A DNA stretch of 64,000 nucleotides, taken from Hamiltosporidium tvaerminnensis FI-OER-3-3 (lineage: Eukaryota; Fungi; Microsporidia). The notes beneath the pieces are model-generated. The model saw nothing but the letters and a program-made list of their open reading frames with translations. It did not search any database and was not told where the DNA came from. The stretch is taken from positions 496,001-560,000 of the forward strand of contig CM061246.1 in assembly GCA_022605425.2 (NCBI GenBank), read 5' to 3'. A program made the translations under genes and the position numbers. Shown piece after piece: positions 13,147 through 25,558 of the stretch. Position 1 is the first letter of the stretch. Each line of letters begins with the position of its first letter.

Positions 13147-14342
13147 TCAAGGGGAAATAAATTTGATTCTTGTTCGTACAAATAAATAAAGAAGAGGTAA
13201 AAAAATGTAATGTTTTTTGCTTAAATAATGTGCCAAGGTAGTATTTTTTTATATTTTTTTACAAGTAATTATACACTTGATTTTATACGTGATGATTTTT
13301 AAAAACCGTTTCCGTTAAAAAAAAATAATAATTAGTTTTTTTTAAATTTTTCAAAATTTTTTTATATTGAAATTTCGTGTAAATAACCACTTTTATAAAC
13401 GAAAATAGTAAATATTACTTTTTTATTAATTTATTATACTTCTTCTTTAGAATGTATTTATAGTTTACTTTTTGTCAATTCTAAATATTTCTTTCTGATG
13501 TATAAAATATGTTATTTTTAGAATAAATTTTAAACTTATAGTTTAATTTTTGCGGATATTAAATATTTCTTAATGGTGTATAAAATATGTTTAAAAAGAA
13601 TTTAATTTTTTATTGCTTTCTATGATTTCTACATTCGAATGTGGAATACATATATTCAAAAGAAATATATTTTAATAAAAAGCATATCTATATTAAAAAA
13701 CCATGAATATTTGAAAAATATAAGTCTAAGAGGAATAGTAAAAAGACTTAAAAGTATCTGATCAAAAATTCTTATTGTAATGTTATTAATTAAATTAATA
13801 ATATAAATTATTCAAAGTAGTTTTTCTATATTAAATAAATTAAAATCTCTGATTAAATTAAATATTTTATAAACATAAATTCTAAATATTAGAATACTTA
13901 ATTATATATGTTGTCTAGAGAATTAATAAAGAGTTACTTATAATTAGATATGAATATAAATATGGTGAGTATGGCTTGATAGGATTATTTTGTTTTATAG
14001 AAGCAGTATTTGTATGATTCTCGAAAAATGTACTAAGGTTTAATCTACTAGTTTTTATTTTGTGTATTAAATTTGTTAGAAGGATTATTTTTATTGCTCT
14101 TGAGAGATTAAAAACGTTTGACTTACTATTTTAGAAATTTAATTTCTAAGAAGAATATTTTTTTATGATTCTTGTGGAAAGAAAAAAAGTATAATTTATA
14201 AAATTATGGTTTTGCGAATAAGATTCATGTACAACGTGTGTACTTATGTAATTATTAAATCATTAAAAATATAATTAAATTATAAAACCACTAAAAAAAA
14301 CAAAAACTATTTTATAAGAATAGTATTTATAGGAATAGTATT

Positions 14343-17300
14343 GTTAGGATGGGTAGAAAGAAAAATGTTAGCAGCGAAATATCGAATAATACCAAAATAA
14401 AGGCTGCAAACGACGCTGATGAGGTGAAAAAGAGTGATAGTGAGATACAAAAATGTAAGCTACACCCACCGGCGATTCCCCTACCTTCCTCCTCCTACAC
14501 AACAATAACACCTCCACCACCAAGCCAAACATGCAGTAAAATGCAAAATAGTGGGCTTGACACCTTACCTTCGCCTAATGCACCAGTTCCCTCTTCGGTT
14601 GAAGTCTCTGCGTGCGAGCCATCGTACGACATGACAAGCCCCTGTACTCTAGCTATTCCGGAAGGTAACAGGCTAATGGCATTGCGGACGATATTCGATT
14701 CCGTAACAGCCGACCCGAAGGAATGGCCTCGAATTGTTTTTTTTGCAGTACAGACAAGGTTTGAAAGAATGCCAAGAAATGGCTGGACAGAGCTTCACAG
14801 GTACTATAATGAGAAATTCGGCTGCACTGAAACTCTCGAAGTGTTAAAAAAATTGGCACAAAGTGAGATGGGAAAGGATGTAAAATCAGAAGAGAATGGA
14901 GAGCGACGTAGAATCGCCACTTGTCTCGCTGATACATGCACCTTGACCGACACCACGGAGTACATAAACCTGAGAGATAAATTCTTGAGTAAAATCAAAG
15001 AAATCTCTGAGAACGAAATTGGAAAAGTGGTGGTCCGAACTAGAAAACATCCAAATGAATTGGTTGATAGTAAAGTTCTGAATCTCATAAATCGAGTAGC
15101 CGGTGAATATGCAGGAGCTCATGTACCTGAGTCAATTACGGAAGCCGCGTATATCATGCAAGCTGCGCAGGTATGCTATGACGAGGCAACACGTAAAGAG
15201 AAGCCTAGATCCGCTTGGAAGGAAAACATAGAAAATAAAATTTCTAAGTTAGTACTTTCCAAAGATCTCCTCGAGAAAGCTCGTAAGCAGGAAAAGCTCT
15301 CCACTTCGGAAACGAAGAGCCTTAAGAAAATCATGCGAGAGTTTAATTTAAACTTGAGCAGCGTAACTGATCTTTCTGAGGCTTTAGTTAAGAAGAATGA
15401 GTCTTTGAATGTTTACGAGAAAAAAATTACGATGCATGAAAGTAGGAAGCAATTCCGAAAAGAGAATCGTATGTTTGAGCTTTTCCGAGGTCGATTTTAT
15501 CGTGGGTTATCCGAGCGTGTGGAATCCGAGCATGTGGTTAGCCGTGATGAAATTGTGAGTTTTTGGTCTACAATGTGGAACAAAAATGATGACACAGTCA
15601 CGTACGATGATTATTTGATTCCATTTGTATCAGATAATCATCCGACCACGTTTCCTTCACTTGATGAATTTGTGAATATCATTAATTGGCTCCCTAATTG
15701 GAAAGCTGCTGGAATTGATGGTATTTACAATTTTTTCATTAAGAAACTTACAACTCTTCACAAATATCTTTATGATATTGTGAAAGTTATATGTTTAGAA
15801 GGAACACCTCAAGCTGATTGGTTTTACTGCGGGCTTACGTATTTGATACCGAAAGGAATTCCACGAAGAGGCTCTGACTACAGGCCAATCACTTGTATGT
15901 CCAACCTCTATAAGTTAACGACAAAGTGTGTAACGAAAGTCGTTCAACTTGAAGTGGAAAGGCGAGGGTTGCTTGCAGAGAACCAACTAGGGGCGGTAAG
16001 AGGTGTGCAGGGAGCGAAAGAGCAGGCTCTACTGAATATTGCCTTAAATAAAGAGTATGGAAATAATCTTAAGGCAACATGGATTGATGTTAAAAAAGCT
16101 TATGATTCAATAGATCATGCTTATTTAACTCAATGCATTGAAAACCTTAATTTACCTGATTGGATCCTGAAAGTTATTAAGGTAATTATATCAAAATGGA
16201 AAATTGATATATCAGTAGGGCCTGAAAAAATCATGAGCAAGAAGATTGATAGAGGGATTCTACAGGGAGATAGTCTGTCACCTTTGTTATTTGTGTTGTG
16301 TATGGATCCATTAAGCCGAAAGCTTAATGAAAAATACACAAAAGTGACAGTACAAACAGATGCAGAATCCCATTCTACTAATCATCTCTTGTTTATTGAT
16401 GATCTTAAGCTCCTTGCAAAAGACAGCTCCACATTGAGTGCTATGACAGGCGAGGCAAAGGAATTTTTAGAGGTGATTGGCTTAGAGATTAACAAAGAGA
16501 AGTCAGCCACAAATGATACGTGTTGTGAAGATACTGCTACTCTTCTAGAAGGTGTTAGTGTTTACAAATATTTAGGAATAATAGAAGATAGCAGAGGAAT
16601 CCCAACACGTAGCTCATTTGAAGAAGTACAGAGCAAACTTATATCAAGAGTTGAAAGACTTTGTCACACTAGATTAAATGCAAAAAATTTATTTTCTGCA
16701 ATCAATCAACATGCGATATCGTTAATCAACTACCACATAGGAGTACTTCGACTTGAACCGGCTGACTTCTCTAAGTTAGATGATGCAGTGCGTGCGGTGT
16801 TGGTTAAAAATAAGATACATCTCCGCCCAGGATGTAAAGAGCGGTTGTATCTTCCTAGAACAGAACTTGGAAGAGGCCTACATAGTGTTGAGTTGCGAAG
16901 CGAACATATGCTTCTGCAACTCTTGGATTGTCTGGAAAAAAGTAAAGAAATATCAACTAGACGAGCAGCAATCCTCAAGGTGGAGAATAATAATAAAACC
17001 CATCTTGCACTAATAAAAGGCTTCTTAAAAGTAAAGTACAGGTTGGTAGAAGAAGTCACTAAGAAAAGTTTAGAAGAAGCTCAACTTGCAAAACTATATA
17101 ACGAAATAGAAAAACGAAAACTCCATTCAAAGTTATATAATGCAAGAAAAAATGAGCTTGTGAGTGTTAGTGACTCTTCAAGATGGCTAAAGAGAGGAAA
17201 TATTAGGCCACGAAATGAAGCTGTGTTCTGCTATATCCAGGATAGAAATGTATTCTGGGGAGCAGATGGTGTGTGTCAACATTGCGGGAAGTCTGGTAAG

Positions 17301-18153
17301 ACTGTGGATCATCTAGCAACTAGATGTGAAAAAATGCTAGGCCATGATTACACTAGACGGCATAATGAAGTGGTTAGATGCCTACACCTTCTCCTTCTAA
17401 ATAGATATAAGTTTAAGTCTTCAAAACGAATAAGGAGCCACTCAGTTCAAGAAATTCTTGATAATGAGTATGCAGAGATAAGAGTGGACACCAGAATTAA
17501 AACTGATGTTAAAATTCGGAATAACAGACCGGACATATTTATTTTAGATAAGAAGAAGAATAAGATAACACTCATTGAAGTAGGAATCACTTCCCAAGAT
17601 TCACTTCAAATAGTTGAAACTGAAAAACTTAGGAAGTATGACCTGCTAGCCAATGAGTTGGGCCTTATTTATAAGTGTAGTGTTGAGATAATCCCTTATG
17701 TGATGACCTGGGACGGTATTGTGACAAAATACCATAAATCTCATCTTAAAAGACTAGAAATACCCATGAATGTAGAAGCATACATTCAGTCTATAGTACT
17801 TAAAAAGACAGTCGAAACTATTTCCTTTGATCGACGAAGAGGACTTGAGTCAGGACTAAATGCCGAAGAGAGCTGGGAGAGAGCGTCAATGGGTGTTATT
17901 ATGAGATCAGAGATGCATGAGGAACCAATACCCCCTTTAAAAGAAGCGAAAACAGAGGAAGATGGTGCCAAAAATTTTAAACCAAAATATAAAGCCCCCT
18001 TTATTTTACAAGGAGGAACCACTTTAGAGGAACCGACCAATAACATAAATGAAGAGTCGGATTTGGAAGAAGTGACAAAAGTGGTCAAAGAGGTAGAAGA
18101 AAACATGTAAAAATGGTAAAAAATATTTTAACCCAGAATTTTATTAAATAAAA
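14343..18153 (+). mobile_element. Intact R4/Dong-like non-LTR retrotransposon with a 14-bp TSD
   Basis: ATAGGAATAGTATT at 14329-14342 and 18154-18167; single ORF; short 3' UTR ending ttttattaaataaaa. Confidence 0.93.
14349..18110 (+). CDS. Non-LTR retrotransposon protein: RT, CCHC knuckle and restriction-like endonuclease (1253 aa)
   Basis: RT motifs YRPITC, DVKKAYDS, GILQGDSLSP, FIDD and YKYLG; CQHC...H...C knuckle; RHN; RPDIFILD...LIEV (PD-(D/E)xK REL). Confidence 0.96.
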   Translation: MGRKKNVSSEISNNTKIKAANDADEVKKSDSEIQKCKLHPPAIPLPSSSYTTITPPPPSQTCSKMQNSGLDTLPSPNAPVPSSVEVSACEPSYDMTSPCTLAIPEGNRLMALRTIFDSVTADPKEWPRIVFFAVQTRFERMPRNGWTELHRYYNEKFGCTETLEVLKKLAQSEMGKDVKSEENGERRRIATCLADTCTLTDTTEYINLRDKFLSKIKEISENEIGKVVVRTRKHPNELVDSKVLNLINRVAGEYAGAHVPESITEAAYIMQAAQVCYDEATRKEKPRSAWKENIENKISKLVLSKDLLEKARKQEKLSTSETKSLKKIMREFNLNLSSVTDLSEALVKKNESLNVYEKKITMHESRKQFRKENRMFELFRGRFYRGLSERVESEHVVSRDEIVSFWSTMWNKNDDTVTYDDYLIPFVSDNHPTTFPSLDEFVNIINWLPNWKAAGIDGIYNFFIKKLTTLHKYLYDIVKVICLEGTPQADWFYCGLTYLIPKGIPRRGSDYRPITCMSNLYKLTTKCVTKVVQLEVERRGLLAENQLGAVRGVQGAKEQALLNIALNKEYGNNLKATWIDVKKAYDSIDHAYLTQCIENLNLPDWILKVIKVIISKWKIDISVGPEKIMSKKIDRGILQGDSLSPLLFVLCMDPLSRKLNEKYTKVTVQTDAESHSTNHLLFIDDLKLLAKDSSTLSAMTGEAKEFLEVIGLEINKEKSATNDTCCEDTATLLEGVSVYKYLGIIEDSRGIPTRSSFEEVQSKLISRVERLCHTRLNAKNLFSAINQHAISLINYHIGVLRLEPADFSKLDDAVRAVLVKNKIHLRPGCKERLYLPRTELGRGLHSVELRSEHMLLQLLDCLEKSKEISTRRAAILKVENNNKTHLALIKGFLKVKYRLVEEVTKKSLEEAQLAKLYNEIEKRKLHSKLYNARKNELVSVSDSSRWLKRGNIRPRNEAVFCYIQDRNVFWGADGVCQHCGKSGKTVDHLATRCEKMLGHDYTRRHNEVVRCLHLLLLNRYKFKSSKRIRSHSVQEILDNEYAEIRVDTRIKTDVKIRNNRPDIFILDKKKNKITLIEVGITSQDSLQIVETEKLRKYDLLANELGLIYKCSVEIIPYVMTWDGIVTKYHKSHLKRLEIPMNVEAYIQSIVLKKTVETISFDRRRGLESGLNAEESWERASMGVIMRSEMHEEPIPPLKEAKTEEDGAKNFKPKYKAPFILQGGTTLEEPTNNINEESDLEEVTKVVKEVEENM

Positions 18154-19615
18154 ATAGGAATAGTATTTAAAAGAATAATATTTATATTCATTTAAATTTT
18201 CTTCTTTCAACTATTGATAAAAAATAAACAAAATATGCGATATAAATGATTTATATCTGGCAAAGTAAATATTTAATGAAATTTAGAAATCTTAGATATA
18301 TATCTATAATATTAAAATATATATTCTAAATTTAATCTCTTATATAACGGATATACAAGATATATTATAGTTTATAGTAAAGCACCTGATGAAAATTATA
18401 AAATTTTCATATGTATGTGTAATATTACAGATAACTTGGCACAATTTATTCTGGTTTAGTTAATCTTTTAAGGTTTTTATAATAGAAAAAAAAAGTATCG
18501 GATATTGCAAAAACAATAAAATATAAATATAAACCTACATATCTTTTGCCAAATTGAAATATTAGCAGACAATAAGTTTGTAAATCGAAGAAGTATATCG
18601 AATAAACATTTAATTTTATAGATTATAACCAAATAGAGTAGCATTTACAACAATAATGTATGATAATGGATATTAAAAAAGTATTTATAACGAATTATTT
18701 GGTAAGATACTTTGGCTGCAAGTAAATCGGGATTTAAGATCGAAATCTAGTAATATTAATCGTACATTTTTGTAAATAAATTATCACATCTGCTGTTTTG
18801 TTAAAAATTTCTGGAATATACGTATATTTCTTAAATTTTTTTTAAAAATATATTTGTTAATTATAAATTAAATACCATATATCAAGTACTATTTATGGAT
18901 TTTAAACTATAATTAGAACAAAAAAAATACACATATATAGTATATATTAGTACCTACATCTAATTACTACTTTATAACCCAAGGTTCTGATATTTTAAGT
19001 TATATCAAAATAATCTGAAATATATTGCTTTTTATTTATAAAAACTATTCGTTAAAGTAAATTTATTCTTAAATGTGTAAAAAATACAATGCATTCAAAT
19101 TTAATTTATGCGTGAATATTAAGGAATATTAACTAAATTAAAAACTAAATGACAAATATAAGAAAGGGGCAAATATTATGGAATGTATACAACAAATTAT
19201 TGATACAATCTATAATTGTTTTAACACAAAAACACTGCAGGTGTTACATGAACATTTTATAGAAAATATATTTTAATTTTTCGAACCTAAAGTAATTTAT
19301 AACTAATGATTAGATAAATCAGCATTGTTCTTATATTTGATTCGGCTCAAAATAGATTAATTATTCCGAAGTTATTTTAAATTTAAATACAAAAGATAGG
19401 AATTAAAATATAGGAACCTGATTTTATGTTGGAAAATTATATATTTTAATAATTGTAATTTAATGAAATATTACTTACATATAAATTTCTCAGTACAAAC
19501 GAATCACAGCGAATTATTTTAATTTGTTCAAAATATTTAATTTAAATAGTAAATGAAAGTATTCTATAAATCCTAGAACAATTTAATTTACTACTATTTC
19601 AAACTAAACAAAATA

Positions 19616-20863
19616 ATGAGAAAACCCAGGATGTATTTATGTTTAATTTCTGAGAAACTTAAATGGCTCATATTTTTAGAATTATTTGTTATATCATTGT
19701 CTCAAAACTTTATAATAAATTCTTTTGAATCAAAATTTGAAAGTAATTATAATTTATTTAAAGATTTATTTGAATTTTTGAATTCGAAAGATATTTATTT
19801 TTATGAAATTTTTAATTCATCTTGTACTACAAGTCTAATAGAAAATATCGAAGCACTTGAACTTTCTAAAGATACGAACATGTTTTATTTATATTTGAAA
19901 TTAAAAAACGAAATACGGTGTTTTATAAACAAACGAACATATTTGCTTAATTTTATATTTTATGAAAGTATATCATTACGAAATGATAAAATAAAGACAA
20001 GTAAAAATCAGAATTTAATGATTTTTAATAAGAAAAAACCGCTTTTATTGTTATATAGAACCGCATTAAATATTTTGTTAAATTTTATGAAGATTTTTAA
20101 GAAAATTGAAAACATATTTATTGCGTCAGAAATTGAATTAGTTCTTGCACCGTTTCTACTTAATGAAAAAGACTTTAGAAATCTCAATTTTTTCATTTTG
20201 AGACAGATAAGGAGTAGTTCTAGTATTTTCGATTTTTTCATTTTGAAAAAAAGTAAGTTCTTTGCTATAAACATCGGGAAACAACAGATAAAGCAACCTA
20301 TTAATCACAATATGCCTTCGAGTGTATTATATATTCTAAATGAAACAAAATATAGATTTCATGAAGAAATTGAACAAAGATTTACACCAAATCATATTTT
20401 GAATGAAAAATTACTAAATATAGAAGTTTATGTAAATACTTATACGATAGTTGAAATAAATGCAAAAAATAAAGAATCTTATATCCATGAATCACATAAA
20501 AAATATGAATTTCTTAATTATATCAAAAAAACTGCTAAAAATATTCATGAAAATCATAATTCTAACGAATTTATTTTCATACTTTTTGGATCAAATGCAG
20601 TACATTTGAAAATAGATATTAAGGAAAAACATTTAACAAAAAATAAAATGTATTATACAGCCAGAATAACATTTATTGAATCGATTTTATTCGAAGAATA
20701 TTTTTTTGAATTTGATGAAATCTATTCAAAAATTGGTGACATTAAAAGTAAAATTAGTACAACATTTGAAGAATTTCAACCAGAAAGGGTATCAAACCTT
20801 GAATCTTTGCTTTATAGAATTACATTTTATAAATTTTGGCATTTATATCAATCTGTTGAGTAA
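19616..20863 (+). CDS. Hypothetical lineage-specific protein (415 aa), possible N-terminal signal peptide or anchor
   Basis: A 1248-nt open frame in very AT-rich DNA; hydrophobic WLIFLELFVISL near the N-terminus; no recognised domain. Confidence 0.65.
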   Translation: MRKPRMYLCLISEKLKWLIFLELFVISLSQNFIINSFESKFESNYNLFKDLFEFLNSKDIYFYEIFNSSCTTSLIENIEALELSKDTNMFYLYLKLKNEIRCFINKRTYLLNFIFYESISLRNDKIKTSKNQNLMIFNKKKPLLLLYRTALNILLNFMKIFKKIENIFIASEIELVLAPFLLNEKDFRNLNFFILRQIRSSSSIFDFFILKKSKFFAINIGKQQIKQPINHNMPSSVLYILNETKYRFHEEIEQRFTPNHILNEKLLNIEVYVNTYTIVEINAKNKESYIHESHKKYEFLNYIKKTAKNIHENHNSNEFIFILFGSNAVHLKIDIKEKHLTKNKMYYTARITFIESILFEEYFFEFDEIYSKIGDIKSKISTTFEEFQPERVSNLESLLYRITFYKFWHLYQSVE

Positions 20864-22575
20864 CATAGATTTCACTCGAAATATTAACTGAAAATTGTCA
20901 ATAGATATTTAATTTTTTGTTTAACTGTAGAGATTAATTTCGAATTAGAAAAAAAACTTCTAGCTTTATACTTACCATCTTAGTCTATTCCTTACTTACC
21001 TCTCGGTGTCGAGAATAAACAAACGAATGTTTTCTATTTGTACATTTTAATCAGTTGTAACTCGGGATCATAGGGTATTTTACTATAGATCCAGTGTGAT
21101 TTATATTCCACCAGAACGTCAACAATGATTTCCATACAATTTTACACATTCATTACCAAACCAAAAGTTTTTAATGGGGTTATCCTACCTCCACCTTTTC
21201 TGTTTATATTATTTATAATTAAAGCTAGCATTTCAAAAAATTTACTCTATATAAAAGTAATTATATGGTTATTTTCTAAGCAATTTAGAACAAATACTAT
21301 CTTCTTTATCTGATATTAACTCGCAATTTTAATAAGTTTCCACATACTTAATTTTTCTTTTATAATTTATTTCTCCAAAATGTCTATACATTTTAATTTA
21401 CCAGATTTAAATAATAGACTAATTTAAAGAATTTTACGGGTCAAGATAAATAATTTCGCTACGTAAACATATTTTCAATTTCATTACTACTTATATTCTG
21501 CTGAATATACAAATTTTCTACAAAAAATCAATATTATGATGTAGATGCCTTTTATAAAATTATCTCTTTCATTTGCAAAATTTGATTTAATAATTTCATT
21601 TTAGAATTAAAATAAATATTGAAGGATCAATTAAAACTTTAGTTGGAATTAGTTATCATTTTAGGATTACTAGTTAAAATATAAGCAGAAAAGGATTCTT
21701 AGTTTCTTGAACAAATACATTCAATTATTTAAACAACTGAAATATCATAGTAAAATTCCTAAGAAATGTTTTAAAATCATGATATTTAAAGATTCAAAAC
21801 TCAAGTTTTATTTTCGCAATATACATGTTTCTTTTAGTAGGAACCATTTGAAATTACGAAAAAATGCGTTATAATCTGACAAAATATTTTGAAATAGTGA
21901 TAATTTCGTGAGTGAACTACTTAATTTATAACTTTGTTTTTCTATTTTTGGTAATAAATAAAATGTTTTGCTTTAATAGATCGGCTTATATATTTTTATC
22001 TTGTTATACTCAAATAGAACCAAAAACTAGTAAGAACATCAGATTCGAAATGTTTATTTGCAATTTAATTGGTCATTTATTTTTTTGATTCTTTTACTAG
22101 CCAATTCAAACCAGACCCTTGGTTTTTCAATGATAGTGAATAAAAAACTAGGAACCAACGCTGCTTTATTATTTAAAGTCTGTGGATCGATACTTTGTCA
22201 TTATTATAGTAAAAACGACTTATCCAATTTTTTATTTCAATATAAAAAATTTTATATTGAATAGGCTCAATATTGGTTTCAAGCATGTGAATCTACATTC
22301 TTAGAATAATTAGGTCTTTGTGTTTCTTCTTTATTCAGCAAATTTACTTTCTTAAATCTTCATAAATGATCTAACCATTTTTCAGTGATATTATATATTT
22401 TTTAATACCACCGAACGAAAATTTTAAATCTTATCATTTGAAATCTCCATATTTATGTTATTTCCCTATGTTTCCACCATTTTAGTTCTTAATATTTAGT
22501 TTAATGGCCTGATTCTGGACTTATAACACTATTAATATTCTAGTCATTTCTAACTGAAATCATATTTTTGTGTAT

Positions 22576-22813
22576 TTATTCATTCATCCTTGGCACTACA
22601 GCCCTGTGCAAGCCTTGGCCTCCCTTAGTAATATCACCCACCCATCCTTTTCCACTGGGTTTTTTTAATTAGTGGGTTTCACAACAGGTAGTTTTAAAGG
22701 GTGGGTTGTTAGCCCTACGCCCAACCCCAACATGTAGGATCAGTCCCTTTCAGTCGCCTCTTGCGACAAACAGAGAATACTCCAAGCCAATTCTGCTCCC
22801 GGCATGTTGGGGA
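22576..22813 (-). mobile_element. Full-length bipartite RTE-derived SINE (~238 bp) with a 12-bp TSD
   Basis: TSD ATTTTTGTGTAT at 22564-22575 and 22814-22825. The 5' part resembles an RTE 5' UTR (gtcgcaagaggcgactgaaaggg; ggggttgggcgtagggctaacaaccc). The 3' part is an RTE tail (aggccaaggc...gctgtagtgcc + gaat repeats). Confidence 0.88.
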
Positions 22814-23788
22814 ATTTTTGTGTATCAGTTTATATTATTTTCGAGTAACTATCTTAGGTGTTTGGCAGAGACAAGGCTCTGCGAAGCAGGAAGTATGTTT
22901 ACGGAAATATTTTAGTGCTGGTCTAATAACGATTCTATATATTCGATGTTTAAGAATAAGAATCAAGCTAATAAGATTTTACTCGACAAAACGCAGACGT
23001 TCAAATTATTTTCCTTCAATTGTTTTTTTTTCTTCTTTAATTTCAATTGTATATTGTCATGTTTAGTCTGAACTGTTCCTAAGTATCCAAACTAAATACT
23101 TTTCTGAATTTTAATAAAATTTTTATAAAGCACTTCTAAATATCGCTGAGAGTCAGCCATTTATATGCGCTCTGTGTCACTTTCAGATGCTCACACTTTA
23201 GCTTTCACAAGATGTTATAAACAACATTTGATATCTTAATCTATAATATTGTAAGATGAATGAAGCATTGGCTTTAATAATCTTTTGGCAATTAAATATT
23301 TGAAGAATTAATTATTTCTTTTTACTCTGATAATATGAAAATATCCGTTATAATTTGAACATGATATATAAATTATTAATCTTTACGAATTACGCATATC
23401 TCAATTATTCTTCAGGTGGATTTATAAATAAATTTCTATAGTATTCTATTTCAAAGCTTATTTTATAATATCCGTACTTGTAAATTTTAAGGTTCAACAA
23501 ACTCTTCAATAATATAAGGTTTCGCATTTCATTTAAAATAATTAATTCTTTCCTTGATTAGTTTCCTAATGACGGATTTGCTTAGAAACAAAATATATTC
23601 CTTATATGTTTGTCAATCTTATGAGCGTTCATGTTAATAAAATAGCAAAATAATTAGTTTAAATTCTTATTAAAGTACTCAGAAAAATAAACCGTTATTC
23701 AAAATTAGAAACTTTTTGGTAAAATTTATTGAAAAAAATTAGGAATTCTGTGCTTCGAAAAACAAAATTTAAAGAACAAAGTGAATGT

Positions 23789-24331
23789 TTAATTCAAATC
23801 CAAGGTATATTTTGATAGGTAAATATCCCCTTTAATTTTCTTAACAGCTTCTTGAACAAAAATTGCACCTAAAAGACAATCATTGGCTACAGAGGATTCT
23901 TTTGTCCCACAATTTTCTTTACACGTTTCTTCTTGATCCAAAAAATAGAATGAAAAACACTTACTGCATATAAAAACACAATTATTTAAAGCAACTTCTG
24001 GTTTCAGATCAATAAAAACGGTTAGCGAATAATCGTTGTATCTAACGTTTTGGTGATTGACGATATCACAGATTATATTTTCATTTATTTCTGTAATTTT
24101 TATGGGTGAAAGTTTTTCAAAAGAATCAAATGCATATTTATTGTATCCAATCTTCTTTACACCCAATAAAACGAAATTTTTTATTATTTCACCTGCAATA
24201 AATCTATTTTGATTTTCTTGATCTAAAATCAATACCGTAAAATTTAATAACTTTTTTTGTGTTTCAAATCCGAATATTCTTATTTGTCTATCATATAATT
24301 CTACCTCTTCTTTTGATATTTCTTTTTCCAT
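23789..24331 (-). CDS. AOS1: SUMO-activating enzyme E1 subunit Aos1/SAE1-like (reduced)
   Basis: EVELYDRQIRIFGFETQKKL, GEIIKNFVLLGV and GAIFVQEAVK ThiF/E1 motifs; ATG at 24331. Confidence 0.8.
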   Translation of the reverse strand: MEKEISKEEVELYDRQIRIFGFETQKKLLNFTVLILDQENQNRFIAGEIIKNFVLLGVKKIGYNKYAFDSFEKLSPIKITEINENIICDIVNHQNVRYNDYSLTVFIDLKPEVALNNCVFICSKCFSFYFLDQEETCKENCGTKESSVANDCLLGAIFVQEAVKKIKGDIYLSKYTLDLN

Positions 24332-25115
24332 GGATACCAATAAAATGATTGGTTTTTTTCAAGAAGTATTTTAATTTTTTTTTAGAATCGGAGCGAATAA
24401 ATTTTCAAAAAAAATAAATGGCTTAAAGAAACAAAATGAATGGCTTTTAATATGGTATACCCAACACAATATATAATAAAAAAAGAGTTTTAAATTTATT
24501 TTTGACGAAAAATTTAAGTTAAAAATATTAAGATATAAAAAGGAATGAGATCTCCTTATACAAACAAAAATTAAATTCAAACAACAAAAAAAGATATACA
24601 GCGAATTAGGTAAGCTAACTAGTGTATATTTTAGCGTAATAATATACGAGGATTTTTGAAAAACAGATTTGATTGCATTTTGTCTAAAATCAAGGTAAAC
24701 GCAATTAGCATCTGGATCTACTGTAACTTTGGTTTATATTTGTACAATATGATTTTATTCAAATACTTTGCATCTTAAAACTATCTATGTTGATCTTTCG
24801 GTTTATATCAATGAAAAAACGACATAAAGTAGGTTAGAAATAAAGTAAAAACAAAACTAAGATTAAAAATAATTAATCCCTAATTTCGATTCTGGCGGTA
24901 AATGAATATACAGTCACATTTAACTCTGAATCCAAACAAAACAAAGAATGACTTTTTTCGCAAAAAGTCAACTTGTTATAAATTCGAATATGACATGATA
25001 TATATGTAAAAAAAATTTCTACTTATAATTTCTAAATATTTTGAATGATGTTATAAGCATGCGATTGAATTTACAGATGTAATTATTCGATTAATAATTT
25101 TTAACAAAAAAAATA

Positions 25116-25558
25116 TTATGTTATTGAACGAATTATAGTTCGTGTCGATATAGGCAAAATGAATATGGGATGAAAAGCTACACATAAAATTTCTATATAA
25201 ACTTCATCGAAACGAGAGAAATAAATATACATAAAAAAGGCTAGCATTATGAAATTTCTACTTTTTAGTAGAATAACTGAAGTAAAAGTAACGTTCAAAT
25301 ACAAAAATGGATTGAGTACCAGGTATTTTGCATCGAACCAATAAGATGGATATATAGACCAATAAATCAATGCAAATATGTATATAATTAAATAAAATTC
25401 TAAATATATCTCTAAAGAAATATTAAAGAACCCAAAGAAACGAATTCTTACGAATAAAAATGATATTTGTAGAAGAACAAATATTTCTAATGACACAAGC
25501 GTTAAAATATAATTGAAAAAATATATGAAAAAAATTATTTGTATAATTTGGCAATAAA
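25116..25558 (-). pseudogene. Hydrophobic membrane-protein fragment with no ATG; the frame runs up to the family X insertion
   Basis: 126-aa hydrophobic frame (starting at GTG) stays open upstream to the repeat boundary near 25560. Confidence 0.3.
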
